A stretch of DNA of 64,000 nt from Candidatus Borrarchaeum weybense. GTDB lineage: Archaea; Asgardarchaeota; Sifarchaeia; Borrarchaeales; Borrarchaeaceae. Both the position numbers and the translations under genes were made by a program. Under the pieces are notes generated by a model, which worked only from the letters and a program-made list of their open reading frames with translations, searched no databases and was not told the DNA's origin. Shown piece after piece: positions 49,983 through 61,032 of the stretch (the stretch's first letter is position 1; every line of letters begins with the position of its first letter). The stretch is from the NCBI GenBank assembly GCA_019057385.1, contig JAHQJS010000007.1, positions 841,040-905,039 of the forward strand, read 5' to 3'.

Positions 49983-50468
49983 ATGAATGAAATTAAGTAT
50001 AGACCAATTGGAATTATCTATTCACCTTTTAAAGAGCCTAAAGGAACACCTATACAACCCACGGCAGCTAAGGGCATCAATGGAAAAGTTGAAGTGTTCC
50101 CAGAGTACGCTGACGGGTTGCTAGATATCGACGGATTCTCTTATATTATTTTATTATATTATTGTCATTTAGCCACAGGATTTTCCTTGAAAGTAAAGCC
50201 TTTTCTGGATGATAAGTTGCATGGCGTCTTTGCAACACGAGCTCCAAGAAGACCGAATTCAATTGGTCTTTCAATTGTACGTCTTATCAGAATTGAGAAA
50301 AACATTATCCATATTCAAGACGTAGATATTGTCGATGGAACGCCCCTTTTAGATATTAAGCCGTATGTCCCAAGTTTTGATATAAGAGAAGTAGAGAGGA
50401 TAGGATGGCTTGATAAAAATGTACATAAGCATGAAACATCAAAAGATGATGGTCGATTCGCAAAATGA
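49983..50468 (+). CDS. tsaA: tRNA m6t6A37 methyltransferase TrmO/TsaA family
   Basis: PIGII.SPF, GVFATRAPRRPNSIGLS, DGTPLLDIKPY. Confidence 0.88.
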   Translation: MNEIKYRPIGIIYSPFKEPKGTPIQPTAAKGINGKVEVFPEYADGLLDIDGFSYIILLYYCHLATGFSLKVKPFLDDKLHGVFATRAPRRPNSIGLSIVRLIRIEKNIIHIQDVDIVDGTPLLDIKPYVPSFDIREVERIGWLDKNVHKHETSKDDGRFAK

Positions 50469-50493
50469 TTTATGTGACCGAATTTTGCTTCTA

Positions 50494-50937
50494 CTAATAT
50501 TCCTTATTTTCTAAGTACTTGGCAATATGTTTGGCAAAAATATCCAAATCTACAAGTTTTTCACTTAAGTATCTTTGAAGTATCTTTAAATCAACATCTT
50601 CATATAAATGGACGAGGACGTTCCAAAATCCCGCGATTGGAGCAAAATTCTCTGCAAAATCCTTTGGAATCACATTATTTTTTCCTAAGATTAAAAATAC
50701 GCTCTTATAGTCCTCAGGTTTTTCGAAGTTTTCTTCAGAGATCAATATTTCACCAATATCAAGTGCTGATTCTATTGCAAGATGGAAATTTCGCTCAATA
50801 GCGCTTTTTATAAGATGATTTTCTTCCAATTCACGAACAGACAAATTTTGGTAGGTCCGCAGAAAATCAACGTTCTTTTTCATATACTGCAGTTTTCTAG
50901 CGATCTTTTCTTTGATATACATAAAATCAATCCTCAA
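50494..50937 (-). CDS. HepT/DUF86 HEPN toxin with the catalytic Arg replaced by Trp
   Basis: AIER.F..AIE..LDI, P..Y, GFWNVLVHLY (consensus GFRN.LVH.Y). Confidence 0.8.
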   Translation of the reverse strand: MRIDFMYIKEKIARKLQYMKKNVDFLRTYQNLSVRELEENHLIKSAIERNFHLAIESALDIGEILISEENFEKPEDYKSVFLILGKNNVIPKDFAENFAPIAGFWNVLVHLYEDVDLKILQRYLSEKLVDLDIFAKHIAKYLENKEY

Positions 50938-51362
50938 AAAGCTAGACCTTTCTTCCTTACTTTAGACAGAAAGATCTCTGTAGCCCTCAGATCATAATAC
51001 CTCCTATCAAGGTATTTTGACATAATTTTATGTTCCAATTCAATTTTCTTTTCTCTATTTCTTATAAAAATAGGAGAATTCGCTTTGATAATTTCAAAAT
51101 TTAATACTATTTGAGTATCATTCATAATAACAAGGTCAATTTTATCGGACTTTAAGAGTAAAGATATCTCGCTTAGCAATTTCAGACGTAGATTAAAACG
51201 TTCACCTTTATCGAGTTTGTCGTTTAAATACACGCCGATATCGATATCACTTAACTTTCCTTCTTTTTTTTCAACTGTTGAACCGTACAAATAAGCAAGT
51301 TCAACGTAACGCTCTTTTTCAAAGAAGGTTCTTAGTAAAGCATTCATAGAATCATTCACCAA
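50934..51362 (-). CDS. MntA-type minimal nucleotidyltransferase antitoxin
   Basis: AYLYGS...SDIDIGV, IDLV. Confidence 0.85.
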   Translation of the reverse strand: MVNDSMNALLRTFFEKERYVELAYLYGSTVEKKEGKLSDIDIGVYLNDKLDKGERFNLRLKLLSEISLLLKSDKIDLVIMNDTQIVLNFEIIKANSPIFIRNREKKIELEHKIMSKYLDRRYYDLRATEIFLSKVRKKGLAF

Positions 51363-51431
51363 ATAGTATTAGACAATTATAATGATATAAATATTAGTCA
51401 ACATAGTCCTTTCTTACTTTTAGAGTTAAAA

Positions 51432-52790
51432 TTATTTAATTTTCTTCCAAACTGACTCCACGATTTCCATTGCTGTGTCCACATGCTCTTCCTGGATAAT
51501 CAACGGAGGACATAATCTTAGAGAATTCTTTCCAGCACCAAGAAGTAACAAACCTTTCTTAAAGGCTTGCTTAATAAGATTATTGCGAAGTTTGGCATCT
51601 GGTTCTCTAGTCTCAGGATCTTTGACAAATTCCACGCCGACCATGAGACCCACGCCCCGAACGTCGCCCACTTCGGGATGTTTCTCTTGGAACTCTTTCC
51701 AGCGCTTCTTAAGATAAGCACCTTGCTTCTTAGCATTTGCACGTAAGTCTTCTTCTTCCATGATGTCCAAAACTGCACTTGCAGCCGCTAATATTACTGG
51801 AGAACCGTTTAGCGTCCCCTCATGCGCACCACTCCACCAATCTTGCATCTCAGCACGACTGATGAATGCACCGCAAGGTAATCCAGCCGCCATAGCTTTG
51901 CTAACCATCATCACATCTGGTTCGATATTGAAGTGTTGGCATGCAAACCATTCGCCTGTTCGCGCAAATCCAGATTGAACCTCATCAACCATAAAGGAAA
52001 TACCTTGTTCATTGGCAAATTTCTGTAGTTTCTGGAGCCATTCGGTTGGAGGAACTATATAGCCGCCTGCCCCTTGCACTGGTTCAAGGAGAAAGAAGGC
52101 TACATCATCAGCATCATAAGCCTTTTCGAAAAGGACATCAGTAATGTAATCAAGACAGAAAAGACCGCATTCTGGATAGCGCTGCCCAAAATAACAATGA
52201 TAACAGTCTGCATATGGCACAATCACATTTCCAGCATACATTGGCCAGAATGATTTTCGAGCACCCTTGCCAGTTGTGGTAAAACTTACCGCCCCCATTG
52301 TCCGTCCATGGAATCCACCTAGGAATCCAAATCCGTAATATCCGCCCCGTCCCATTTTCCTGTTATAATATTTTGCACACTTAATTGCACCATCTACGCT
52401 TTCGCTTCCAGAATTAGTGAAGAATACACGTTTCTTAAAATTCCCGGGTGCTATATTCACAAGACGCTCAGCATAATCAACTTGTGGAACGGTGTAATAA
52501 TCCAAACTGTTAGCAAAGATTAATTGTTCAGCTTGTCTCTTAATCGCATCTACAACTTTCTTGTGAGTATGACCAACACCCGCGACTGCAATGCCAGCAC
52601 CAAAATCAAGAAAGACGTTGTCATCGAGATCTTGGACGAAAACACCATGTGCGGCTTTACCAACAAGTTCGCTAGCTCTGCTAAGTGATTTTGACATTAT
52701 CTCGCTATCCCGTTTAATAAACGCTTGAGATTTGGGACCAGGGGGCTCGACTTTGATTTCAGGTTTTGTCCATTCCATTTTCTGTTTCAC
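51432..52790 (-). CDS. Class III PLP aminotransferase (GabT/ornithine aminotransferase-like)
   Basis: NSGSES, FHGRT, EPVQGAGG, DEVQSGFARTG, SKAMAAG, VRGVGLM. Confidence 0.9.
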   Translation of the reverse strand: MKQKMEWTKPEIKVEPPGPKSQAFIKRDSEIMSKSLSRASELVGKAAHGVFVQDLDDNVFLDFGAGIAVAGVGHTHKKVVDAIKRQAEQLIFANSLDYYTVPQVDYAERLVNIAPGNFKKRVFFTNSGSESVDGAIKCAKYYNRKMGRGGYYGFGFLGGFHGRTMGAVSFTTTGKGARKSFWPMYAGNVIVPYADCYHCYFGQRYPECGLFCLDYITDVLFEKAYDADDVAFFLLEPVQGAGGYIVPPTEWLQKLQKFANEQGISFMVDEVQSGFARTGEWFACQHFNIEPDVMMVSKAMAAGLPCGAFISRAEMQDWWSGAHEGTLNGSPVILAAASAVLDIMEEEDLRANAKKQGAYLKKRWKEFQEKHPEVGDVRGVGLMVGVEFVKDPETREPDAKLRNNLIKQAFKKGLLLLGAGKNSLRLCPPLIIQEEHVDTAMEIVESVWKKIK

Positions 52791-52992
52791 CTCAAAACAA
52801 GAAAAACTAGATTCAAGCTAGATGAGGAATTACATGAAATTAGTAATGACCTCATTTTTTTACTTTGCTGATTTTAGAATGTTTTGTAGAAGCAATTGAA
52901 AGTAACAATGATGAATTAGAGGAAAAAAACCGCGCTACTTAGGATTTATTTTTACTTCTTCTGATAATTTCATACAAGGGGCTCACTTATTG

Positions 52993-53063
52993 CATAATAT
53001 ATTCATAGAGCACAGTATAGATACAAGTTAACGACAAAAATTTATACCTCTGTGCAGATAAGA
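52993..53063 (+). repeat. Duplicated promoter block shared with 56936..57006
   Basis: About 71 nt with roughly 8 mismatches, including cgacaaaaaTTTATAcc (BRE/TATA-like). Confidence 0.75.
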
Positions 53064-53158
53064 CATTTAGGAATTTATCGACAAAGAAATGTTATTATAA
53101 TTTAATCTTTTCCAACTGATGTTTTCTCTTGTTATTAACTTCTAGGAAGCCTCTCAAT

Positions 53159-56100
53159 ATGAAAGATGACGACAAGACAAAAGATCAAATCATAAGTGAA
53201 CTGGCAGAAGCACGTCATCGAATTACTGAATTGGAAGTATCAGAAACACTGCGAGATCGAATAGACGAAGCTTTGCTGAAGTCTGAATCACAATATCGCT
53301 CAACACTCGATTCGATTGGTGAAATTATCCATATTATCGATACTGAACTACAATTTCTTTTATTCAATACGGCTTTTAAACAACTTAATATCGAACTGGG
53401 ATTTGAAACTGACGTAATAGGTAAAAAAATTTCAGACATGTATCCATTTTTATCAGACAAAATCTTTGAAGAATATACTCAGGTGTTCAACACTGGAAAA
53501 ACTCTTGTTACTGAGGAAAGGACCACAATTAGAGGCAAAAAATTCATTACTGAAACACGAAAAATACCGATCTTTGAGGAAGGAAGAGTTACAAAAATCG
53601 TTACTGTTATCCGCGATATTACTGAGCGTAAGAACGCGGAGGAAAACATAAAAAAGATGAAAGAAAAATATGAGAACCTGATCAAGAATGTTCCTGATGT
53701 CATCTATTCTGCATTAGCTGATGCAACTAGCACGACGACTTTTGTTTCAGAACGGATCACAGACTGGACAGGGTACACTCCTGCTGATTTTTATGAAAAC
53801 GAGAATCTATGGGCCGAATGTATTCACCCAGAGGATAGACAACAAGCCGTCGAGGGGTTCATTAACGCCTATAGAAATAAGAAAGAGTATATTTTCGAAT
53901 ATCGAATGGTTCACAAAGAGACAGGACAAACATATCATCTCAATGATCATGGTGTACCCATCAGAGATGACGAAGATCAGATCATAAGATTTGATGGGAT
54001 CTTGACTGATATCTCAGAGCGCAAGCAGGCGGAAGAGGCATTGCTTGAAAGTGAGGGGAAATTTAAACTGATAAGTGAGAATATTCCTGTTGTTGTGTAT
54101 TCAGCACTGCCAGACGAGCATTCTACGAGCCTTTTTATTTCGGGAAGGGTTGAGGAACTAACCGGTTATACCGGTGAGCAATTCCTGGCGGATTGGACTC
54201 TGTGGGAGCGAGTTGTTCATCCGGATGACATTGGATATGTATGGGAAGCAATCGAAACACATCGCCTGAAGAAAGAACAGCTTGATGTAGAATATCGTAT
54301 AATAACCAAAGATAATATCATCAAGTGGGTAAGAGATAGGGCAATTCCTGCCCTTGATGAACGAAATCAACTTGTAAGAATCGATGGCTATATGGAAGAT
54401 ATCACTGAGCGAAAACAGGCGGAAGATGCGCTAAGAGAAAGTGAAGAAAAATATCGATCCCTCTTCCAGGATTCAAGAGATGCAGTCTATATTATTCAAA
54501 AGGACAATATCGTTGATGCTAACAAAGCTATGCTAGAACTCTTTGGATATTCCCGAGAAGAGATGCTAAGGATGTTAGTCACCGATGTTTATGCCAACCC
54601 TGAAGACCGCGCTAAGTTTCTAAAGGAGATAACTCGAAAAGGATCCGTCAGAGACTATGAAGTTAAATTCCGCAAAAAAGATGGAACAGAAATCGACTGC
54701 TTACTTACTTCTTCTCTAAAACGGGATGAGAACGGGGATATTATAGGCTATCAAGGTATCATCCGTGATATCACGGAACGAAAAAAACTGGAACAGCAAT
54801 TAATTGAGTCGGAAGAGAAATATCGAACGCTTGTAGAGAAAGATCCAAACATGGTTTTTTTAATCAAAGATGGCAAGTTCGCATTTTTTAACCAAGCGCT
54901 TTTGAATACTTGGGGATATTCAGAGCAGGAAATACGTAATATAGATTTAGAGTCGATGCCACACATCATTCCCGAACATAGGCAATTTGTTAAAGATCGA
55001 TATCTAAAACGACTTGAAGGAAAACAGGTACCAGAGTCTTACGAATTTTCTATTCTAACAAAAAATGGCAAAATAATTCCCTGTTTACTTAATGTAACTA
55101 CAATTGAAATGGAAGGAACGCGCGTTGTTCAAGGTGTCCTGACTGATATCAGTAAAATCAAAGAATTGGAAGCAGAACTCAAAAAGTCAGAAGAGCGCTA
55201 TCGTGGTTTGTATGAGTCATCCATTGATGGCCTTGTTTCAGCATATATTGGAGGAGATATAATAGAATGTAATCAAGCATTCGCAGATATGCTTGACTAC
55301 ACTAAGGAAGAACTTTTTAAGTTAAGACTTCGAGATCTTATACCTGATAAATGGCAAATGCTTCTTGACAAAATCATAAATGAACAATTACTGAAAAAGG
55401 GATATACTGAAGAATTTGAAATTGAACACATCAAGAAAGATAGTACGATCTTTCCAGCATCAGTAAGAGTCTGGCTTATCAAAAATAAAGTTGATGAGCC
55501 AATGGGATTGTGGGCCATCGTTCGTAACATCACCGAAAGGCGAATATTAGAAGAAGAACTTCAAAAGTTCGAAAAACTTGAATCAATCGGAATTCTTGCT
55601 GGTGGCATCGCACATGACTTTAATAATATCCTAACTGCTATTCTAACAAACATTTCAGTTGCGAAAATGGCTTCAAAATCAAATGAAGTCGTATCCAAGC
55701 GCTTGACAGAGGCAGAAAAAGCCTCGATTCGTGCGAAAGATCTGACCCAACAATTGCTTACTTTTTCAAGAGGCGGCGCACCCATTAAAAAGATTACATC
55801 CTTATTCGAAATCCTCAAAGATACCGTTAAGTTTGCTTTAAGTGGAACAAACGTCTCATCCCGATTCTATCTGTCAGACGAACTTTGGTCAGTTGAAGTT
55901 GATGAAGGACAGATCAGTCAAGTCATCCACAACTTAGTAATCAATGCCGATCAAGCTATGCCGGAGGGAGGGATAATTGAGATTCATGCAGATAATATTA
56001 CTGTTGGATCTGAATCAGGACTACCACTAAACGTGGGAAAATATATTAAACTTGCTATAAAAGATCATGGAATCGGCATACCAAAGGAATATCTTTCAAA

Positions 56101-56704
56101 GATATTTGATCCTTATTTTACTACGAAACAAAAAGGGAGTGGTCTAGGGCTCACGGTTGCATATTCAATAATAAAAAATCATGACGGACTTATTTCAGTA
56201 GAATCAGAATTGGGTAAAGGCACAGTATTCTATATCTATATTCCTGCGTCAAAAACGCAGATTCATGCAAAGAATGATGCAGAAAGAAAACCAATTACTG
56301 GCAAAGGGAAGATCTTGGTTATGGATGATGAAGAAATCATTAGAGATGCTTTAGATGAAATATTAACAATTCTAGGTTACCAAACTGACTTTGCTAAAAA
56401 TGGCGAAGAAACTATTGCACTTTTTAAAGAAGCGAAAGAATTAGAAGAACCATTTGATCTTGTCATTATGGATTTAACTATAAAAGGCGGGCTGGGAGGT
56501 AAGGAGGCAATTAAAAGATTAATTGAAATTGATCCTGAAGTTAAGGCAGTTGTTTCAAGCGGGTATTCTACTGATCCTGTAATGGCAAATTTCAAGAAAT
56601 ATGGATTTCGTGGCGTCATTGCCAAACCATATGACATTAACGAATTGAGTAAGACACTACATAAGATTATACAAAGACAAGATCAATACTTTCTTGAAAA
56701 TTAG
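53159..56704 (+). CDS. Cytoplasmic hybrid histidine kinase: 6 PAS + HisKA/HATPase + REC
   Basis: Six DITERK-type PAS ends, LAGGIAHDFNN, FDPYFTTK.KGSGLGL, MDDE, MDLTI, AKPY; ATG 53159 by homology to the next gene. Confidence 0.92.
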   Translation: MKDDDKTKDQIISELAEARHRITELEVSETLRDRIDEALLKSESQYRSTLDSIGEIIHIIDTELQFLLFNTAFKQLNIELGFETDVIGKKISDMYPFLSDKIFEEYTQVFNTGKTLVTEERTTIRGKKFITETRKIPIFEEGRVTKIVTVIRDITERKNAEENIKKMKEKYENLIKNVPDVIYSALADATSTTTFVSERITDWTGYTPADFYENENLWAECIHPEDRQQAVEGFINAYRNKKEYIFEYRMVHKETGQTYHLNDHGVPIRDDEDQIIRFDGILTDISERKQAEEALLESEGKFKLISENIPVVVYSALPDEHSTSLFISGRVEELTGYTGEQFLADWTLWERVVHPDDIGYVWEAIETHRLKKEQLDVEYRIITKDNIIKWVRDRAIPALDERNQLVRIDGYMEDITERKQAEDALRESEEKYRSLFQDSRDAVYIIQKDNIVDANKAMLELFGYSREEMLRMLVTDVYANPEDRAKFLKEITRKGSVRDYEVKFRKKDGTEIDCLLTSSLKRDENGDIIGYQGIIRDITERKKLEQQLIESEEKYRTLVEKDPNMVFLIKDGKFAFFNQALLNTWGYSEQEIRNIDLESMPHIIPEHRQFVKDRYLKRLEGKQVPESYEFSILTKNGKIIPCLLNVTTIEMEGTRVVQGVLTDISKIKELEAELKKSEERYRGLYESSIDGLVSAYIGGDIIECNQAFADMLDYTKEELFKLRLRDLIPDKWQMLLDKIINEQLLKKGYTEEFEIEHIKKDSTIFPASVRVWLIKNKVDEPMGLWAIVRNITERRILEEELQKFEKLESIGILAGGIAHDFNNILTAILTNISVAKMASKSNEVVSKRLTEAEKASIRAKDLTQQLLTFSRGGAPIKKITSLFEILKDTVKFALSGTNVSSRFYLSDELWSVEVDEGQISQVIHNLVINADQAMPEGGIIEIHADNITVGSESGLPLNVGKYIKLAIKDHGIGIPKEYLSKIFDPYFTTKQKGSGLGLTVAYSIIKNHDGLISVESELGKGTVFYIYIPASKTQIHAKNDAERKPITGKGKILVMDDEEIIRDALDEILTILGYQTDFAKNGEETIALFKEAKELEEPFDLVIMDLTIKGGLGGKEAIKRLIEIDPEVKAVVSSGYSTDPVMANFKKYGFRGVIAKPYDINELSKTLHKIIQRQDQYFLEN

Positions 56705-57101
56705 CTTTGCGAAACATTTTATTTAGGTCCAATTTTGTAGGAATGTGTTCTATTTTTTTGCTTTTGTGATTCATCTTTTCTATGCAATATGTAGTTGCTG
56801 ATAACTTACATTTACACTAACATCATCTATTTTTCAAACACATTCTTGTAATGAAGATTTCTTTTTTGAATTGGAGGTATGGTAGCTAAATATGTAGCGT
56901 ACTACATTCAGAGAGCAGGAAAAACTTAGACATTTCATAATATGTTCATAGAGCAAAGCATAGAAACAAGTTAGCGACAAAAATTTATACCTCCGTGTAG
57001 ACAAGAAATATAGAAACAAAATGATAAAGAAAAATGATAATAAGTCAATCTTATGAGAAGAGTGCCTTTATTAAGTATTGATCCACTAGGAGCCTCTCAA
57101 A

Positions 57102-60100
57102 ATGAATTATGAGGATAAGACGAAAGAACAACTGGTAAATGAACTTATAGAGCTGCATCAACGTATAACTAATTTAAGAATATCTGAAGAATTGCATGAG
57201 AGATTCAAGGATGCACTAGCAACAAGTGAAAGGCGGTTCAGAGAGTTGGCTGTGCTCTTACCAGTAACTGTTTTTGAAATAGACTTGAATGCAAAGCTCA
57301 CTTTTGTTAACCGTGTTGCTTTTGACATTTTTGGTTATTCTCAAGAAGATTTTGATAGGGGGATCAATGCCTTTCAGGTGATTGCTCAAGAAGACCATGA
57401 GAGGCTTAAAGAAAGCATTTCTAGATTATATAACGGAGAAGATATTGGAATAATTGAATTTACTGCTCAGAAAAAAGACGGAAGCAGGTTCCCAGTTATT
57501 GTTCATAGTAACGTGATTAAGAATGAAGGTGGGCCTCCTATTGGCTATAGAGGGATTTTAATTGACATTACTGAGCGCAAAAGGGCTGAGGATGCCTTTA
57601 AAGCAAGTGAAGAGCGCTATCGTGGATTATATGATTCTTCAAGAGACGGCATTTTTTCGGTGGACATGAACGGAAGAATTGTAGAGTGTAATCAAGCAAT
57701 GGCGGATATACTTGGCTATACTAAGAAAGAACTGTATAATTTTACTGTTTATGACATTGTACCCCAAAAATGGCATGATTTTGGGAATAAAATTATTACT
57801 GAACAAGTGTTCAGAAGGGGCTATTCTGATGAGTATGAATTAGAGGCCATCAAAAAAGATGGTTCCAGCCTCCCGGTTTCTATAAGAACTTGGATCATCA
57901 AAGATAAGGATGGTAAACCAGTTGGAAGGTGGTCCATCGCTCGCGACATCACTGAACGCAAGCAGGCTGAAGAGGCTTTAAAGGAAAGTGAAAAGCGTTA
58001 TCGCGGGTTATATAAATCTTCCAGAGATGGTATTATCTCTGTAGATATGGACGGAAACATTATAGAGTGTAATCAGTCTTTAGCGGATATGCTCGACTAT
58101 ACTAAGGAAGAACTTTATCGTTCAAAATTCCAGGATCTCATGTCTAATAAATGGCTTGCAAAGACGGCACAAATTCTCAATGAGCAGATAATACCTCGTG
58201 GCTTTTCTGATGTAAATGAGATGGAAGCAATTAAGAAAGATGGGACAATTATACCTATTTCTGTGAGGACGTGGCTCATTAAAGATAGGGATGGCAATTT
58301 AACAGGAACATGGGCTATTATCCGAGATATTAGTAAACGAAAACGAGTTGAAGAAGCATTTAAAGAGAGTGAGAAACGTTATCGTTCCCTTTTTGAGGAT
58401 TCAAGAGATGCTATATATTTTACCACCCGAGAAGGTAAACTAATCAATGTTAATCAAGCATTAATTGAATTGTTCGGTTTTAGCAGAGAAGAGTTGCAAA
58501 AAATAAACGTCCGAGAGTTATATATTGATCCTACAGATCGTTCAGTATTTCAACGAGAGATAGAACAAAAAGGATCAGTCAGAAACTATGAATTAAAATT
58601 GCGAAAGAAAGAAAATACAGAGATTGATTGCTTGCTTACTGCGACAGTACGGCGGGATAATGATGGAAAAATTATAGGATACCAAGGCATTATTCGTGAT
58701 ATCACTGAAAGAAAAAAACTGGAGCGGCAATTGGTTGAGTCAGAAGAGAAATACCGAACGCTTGTAGAGAAAGATCCAAACATGATTTATTTAATTAAAG
58801 ATGGGGAGCTTACATTCGCTAATCAAGCACTTCTGAATACCTTAGGATATTCACTTAAGGAAATACTTGACATAAGCTTAGATGATTTGTCACCAATTGT
58901 TCCTGAACAGAGACTGATGATAAAAGAGAGACTGAAAAAAAGAATTGCTGGAAAAAATGTGCTTGAATCTTATGAGTTTTCTGTGATGACAAAAAACGGT
59001 GAGATAATTCCTTGTCTTCTTAATACAACTTCTTTTGAATTGGAAGGAACGCGTATTATTCAAGGTGTTTTGACTGATATCAGGAAAGTTAAAAAATTAG
59101 AAAAAGAACTCAAAGAGTCTGAGGAACGCTATCGTGGGCTTTACAATTCCACTATAGACGGTATCGTTTCTCAAGATATAGAAGGAAACATTTTAGATTG
59201 TAACCAAGCTTTTATAGACATGCATGGTTATACGAAAGAGGAGATATATCAGTTAAAGCTCAAAGAACTGATTCCCAGTAAATGGAACAAAATAATTGAA
59301 AGAATGATTAACGAACAACTCATTCCATATGGCTATTCGGACGAGTTCGAGTTAGAATGCATTAAGAAAGACGGAACAATTTTTCCTGTCTCCGCAAGAT
59401 CTTGGCTCACCAAGAATAAAGAAGGCAAACCTTTAGAAGTATGGTCTATTATACGTGATATTACAGAGCGTAAGCGCGCTGAAGAAGCTTTAATTGAGTC
59501 AGAAGAGCGTTACCGAGGATTATATGAATCTTCAATAGATGGCATCGTCTCCGCAGATGGTGGAAATATTATAGAGTGCAATCAGGCTTTTGCGAATATG
59601 CTAGGCTACACAAAAGAAGAGATCAAAAAAATGAACTATATGGATCTCGTGCCTAGTAAATGGCATAATGAATTAACAAAAGTACTTATCGAACCTAGGC
59701 AAAAAAAAGGATATTCAGATGAACACAAACTCGAAATTGCGAAGAAAGATGGTTCATTAATCCCTATTTCTATTAGGGCATGGCTGATGAAAGATAAAGA
59801 GGGTTTTGCGAGCAAAGGATGGGCTATCATTAGAGACATCTCCGAAAAACGTAAGATGGAGGAAGAACTTCACAAAATAGAGAAACTTGAATCGCTTGGT
59901 ATTCTTGCAGGCGGCATAGCTCACGATTTTAATAATATTCTTACTGGGATTTTAGGCAATATCACTCTTGCAAAAATGTATGCTCCATTCAGAGAAAAAG
60001 TGCTAGAAAGGTTGAGTGAGGCAGAAAAAGCCACAATACGGGCAAGAGATTTGACCCAACAATTGCTTACTTTTTCCAAAGGCGGCGCTCCGGTCAAAAA

Positions 60101-60992
60101 AACCGCTTCTATTGACGAATTACTCAGAGATACAACCGTTTTTACCTTGAGTGGATCCAATGTCAAGTGCAAATTTTCCATTCCTGAAGATATTTGGTCA
60201 GTCGAAATTGATGAAGGACAGATCAGTCAAGTCCTAAATAACCTTATTATCAATGCTGACCAAGCTATGCCAGATGGGGGAATAATCAATATTAGTGCTG
60301 AAAATGTGATTATTGGAACAAAAGATATTTTGCCGTTACAAGAGGGACGCTACATAAAGTTAAGTATAAAAGATCAGGGGATCGGTATTCCAGAAGAATA
60401 TCTTCAAAAGATATTCGACCCCTATTTCACTACAAAACAAAAAGGAAGCGGTTTAGGACTTACGATCGCTTATTCAATAATAAAAAATCATAAGGGGCAT
60501 ATTGTTGTAGAATCAAAACTTGGCGCTGGTTCAAACTTCTCTATTTATCTTCCTGCTTTAAAAACACAAGTCCCGAAAGAGAAAGAAGCGGAAAATAGAC
60601 CTATCACTGGCAAAGGAAAAATTATGGTCATGGATGATGAAGAGGTCATCAGGGACTCTTTAGGTGAGATATTAACCTTTTTAGGGTACGAAGTTGGGTT
60701 TGCTAGAGACGGTGAAGAAGCAATAACAATATACAAGAAAGCTAAAGACACAGGACAATCTTTCGATGCTGTTATTCTTGATTTGACTATTCGGGGTGGT
60801 ATGGGTGGCAAAGAAACTATTGGAAAACTCATTGAAATTGATCCGAAAGTCAAAGCTATAGTTTCAAGCGGATATTCAACAGATCCTGTTATGGCTGATT
60901 TTAAAAATTATGGTTTTAGTGGAGTAGTTGCCAAACCATATGATATCAAGGAATTAAATGAAGCATTAGACAGTGTTATTAATGGAATTTAG
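57102..60992 (+). CDS. Cytoplasmic hybrid histidine kinase: 7 PAS + HisKA/HATPase + REC
   Basis: Seven PAS ends and the same kinase/REC motifs; tandem paralog of the previous gene. Confidence 0.92.
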   Translation: MNYEDKTKEQLVNELIELHQRITNLRISEELHERFKDALATSERRFRELAVLLPVTVFEIDLNAKLTFVNRVAFDIFGYSQEDFDRGINAFQVIAQEDHERLKESISRLYNGEDIGIIEFTAQKKDGSRFPVIVHSNVIKNEGGPPIGYRGILIDITERKRAEDAFKASEERYRGLYDSSRDGIFSVDMNGRIVECNQAMADILGYTKKELYNFTVYDIVPQKWHDFGNKIITEQVFRRGYSDEYELEAIKKDGSSLPVSIRTWIIKDKDGKPVGRWSIARDITERKQAEEALKESEKRYRGLYKSSRDGIISVDMDGNIIECNQSLADMLDYTKEELYRSKFQDLMSNKWLAKTAQILNEQIIPRGFSDVNEMEAIKKDGTIIPISVRTWLIKDRDGNLTGTWAIIRDISKRKRVEEAFKESEKRYRSLFEDSRDAIYFTTREGKLINVNQALIELFGFSREELQKINVRELYIDPTDRSVFQREIEQKGSVRNYELKLRKKENTEIDCLLTATVRRDNDGKIIGYQGIIRDITERKKLERQLVESEEKYRTLVEKDPNMIYLIKDGELTFANQALLNTLGYSLKEILDISLDDLSPIVPEQRLMIKERLKKRIAGKNVLESYEFSVMTKNGEIIPCLLNTTSFELEGTRIIQGVLTDIRKVKKLEKELKESEERYRGLYNSTIDGIVSQDIEGNILDCNQAFIDMHGYTKEEIYQLKLKELIPSKWNKIIERMINEQLIPYGYSDEFELECIKKDGTIFPVSARSWLTKNKEGKPLEVWSIIRDITERKRAEEALIESEERYRGLYESSIDGIVSADGGNIIECNQAFANMLGYTKEEIKKMNYMDLVPSKWHNELTKVLIEPRQKKGYSDEHKLEIAKKDGSLIPISIRAWLMKDKEGFASKGWAIIRDISEKRKMEEELHKIEKLESLGILAGGIAHDFNNILTGILGNITLAKMYAPFREKVLERLSEAEKATIRARDLTQQLLTFSKGGAPVKKTASIDELLRDTTVFTLSGSNVKCKFSIPEDIWSVEIDEGQISQVLNNLIINADQAMPDGGIINISAENVIIGTKDILPLQEGRYIKLSIKDQGIGIPEEYLQKIFDPYFTTKQKGSGLGLTIAYSIIKNHKGHIVVESKLGAGSNFSIYLPALKTQVPKEKEAENRPITGKGKIMVMDDEEVIRDSLGEILTFLGYEVGFARDGEEAITIYKKAKDTGQSFDAVILDLTIRGGMGGKETIGKLIEIDPKVKAIVSSGYSTDPVMADFKNYGFSGVVAKPYDIKELNEALDSVINGI

Positions 60993-61032
60993 CCTTCTTA
61001 ACTAATTTAATCCGTATTTAAAACTAGAATAT

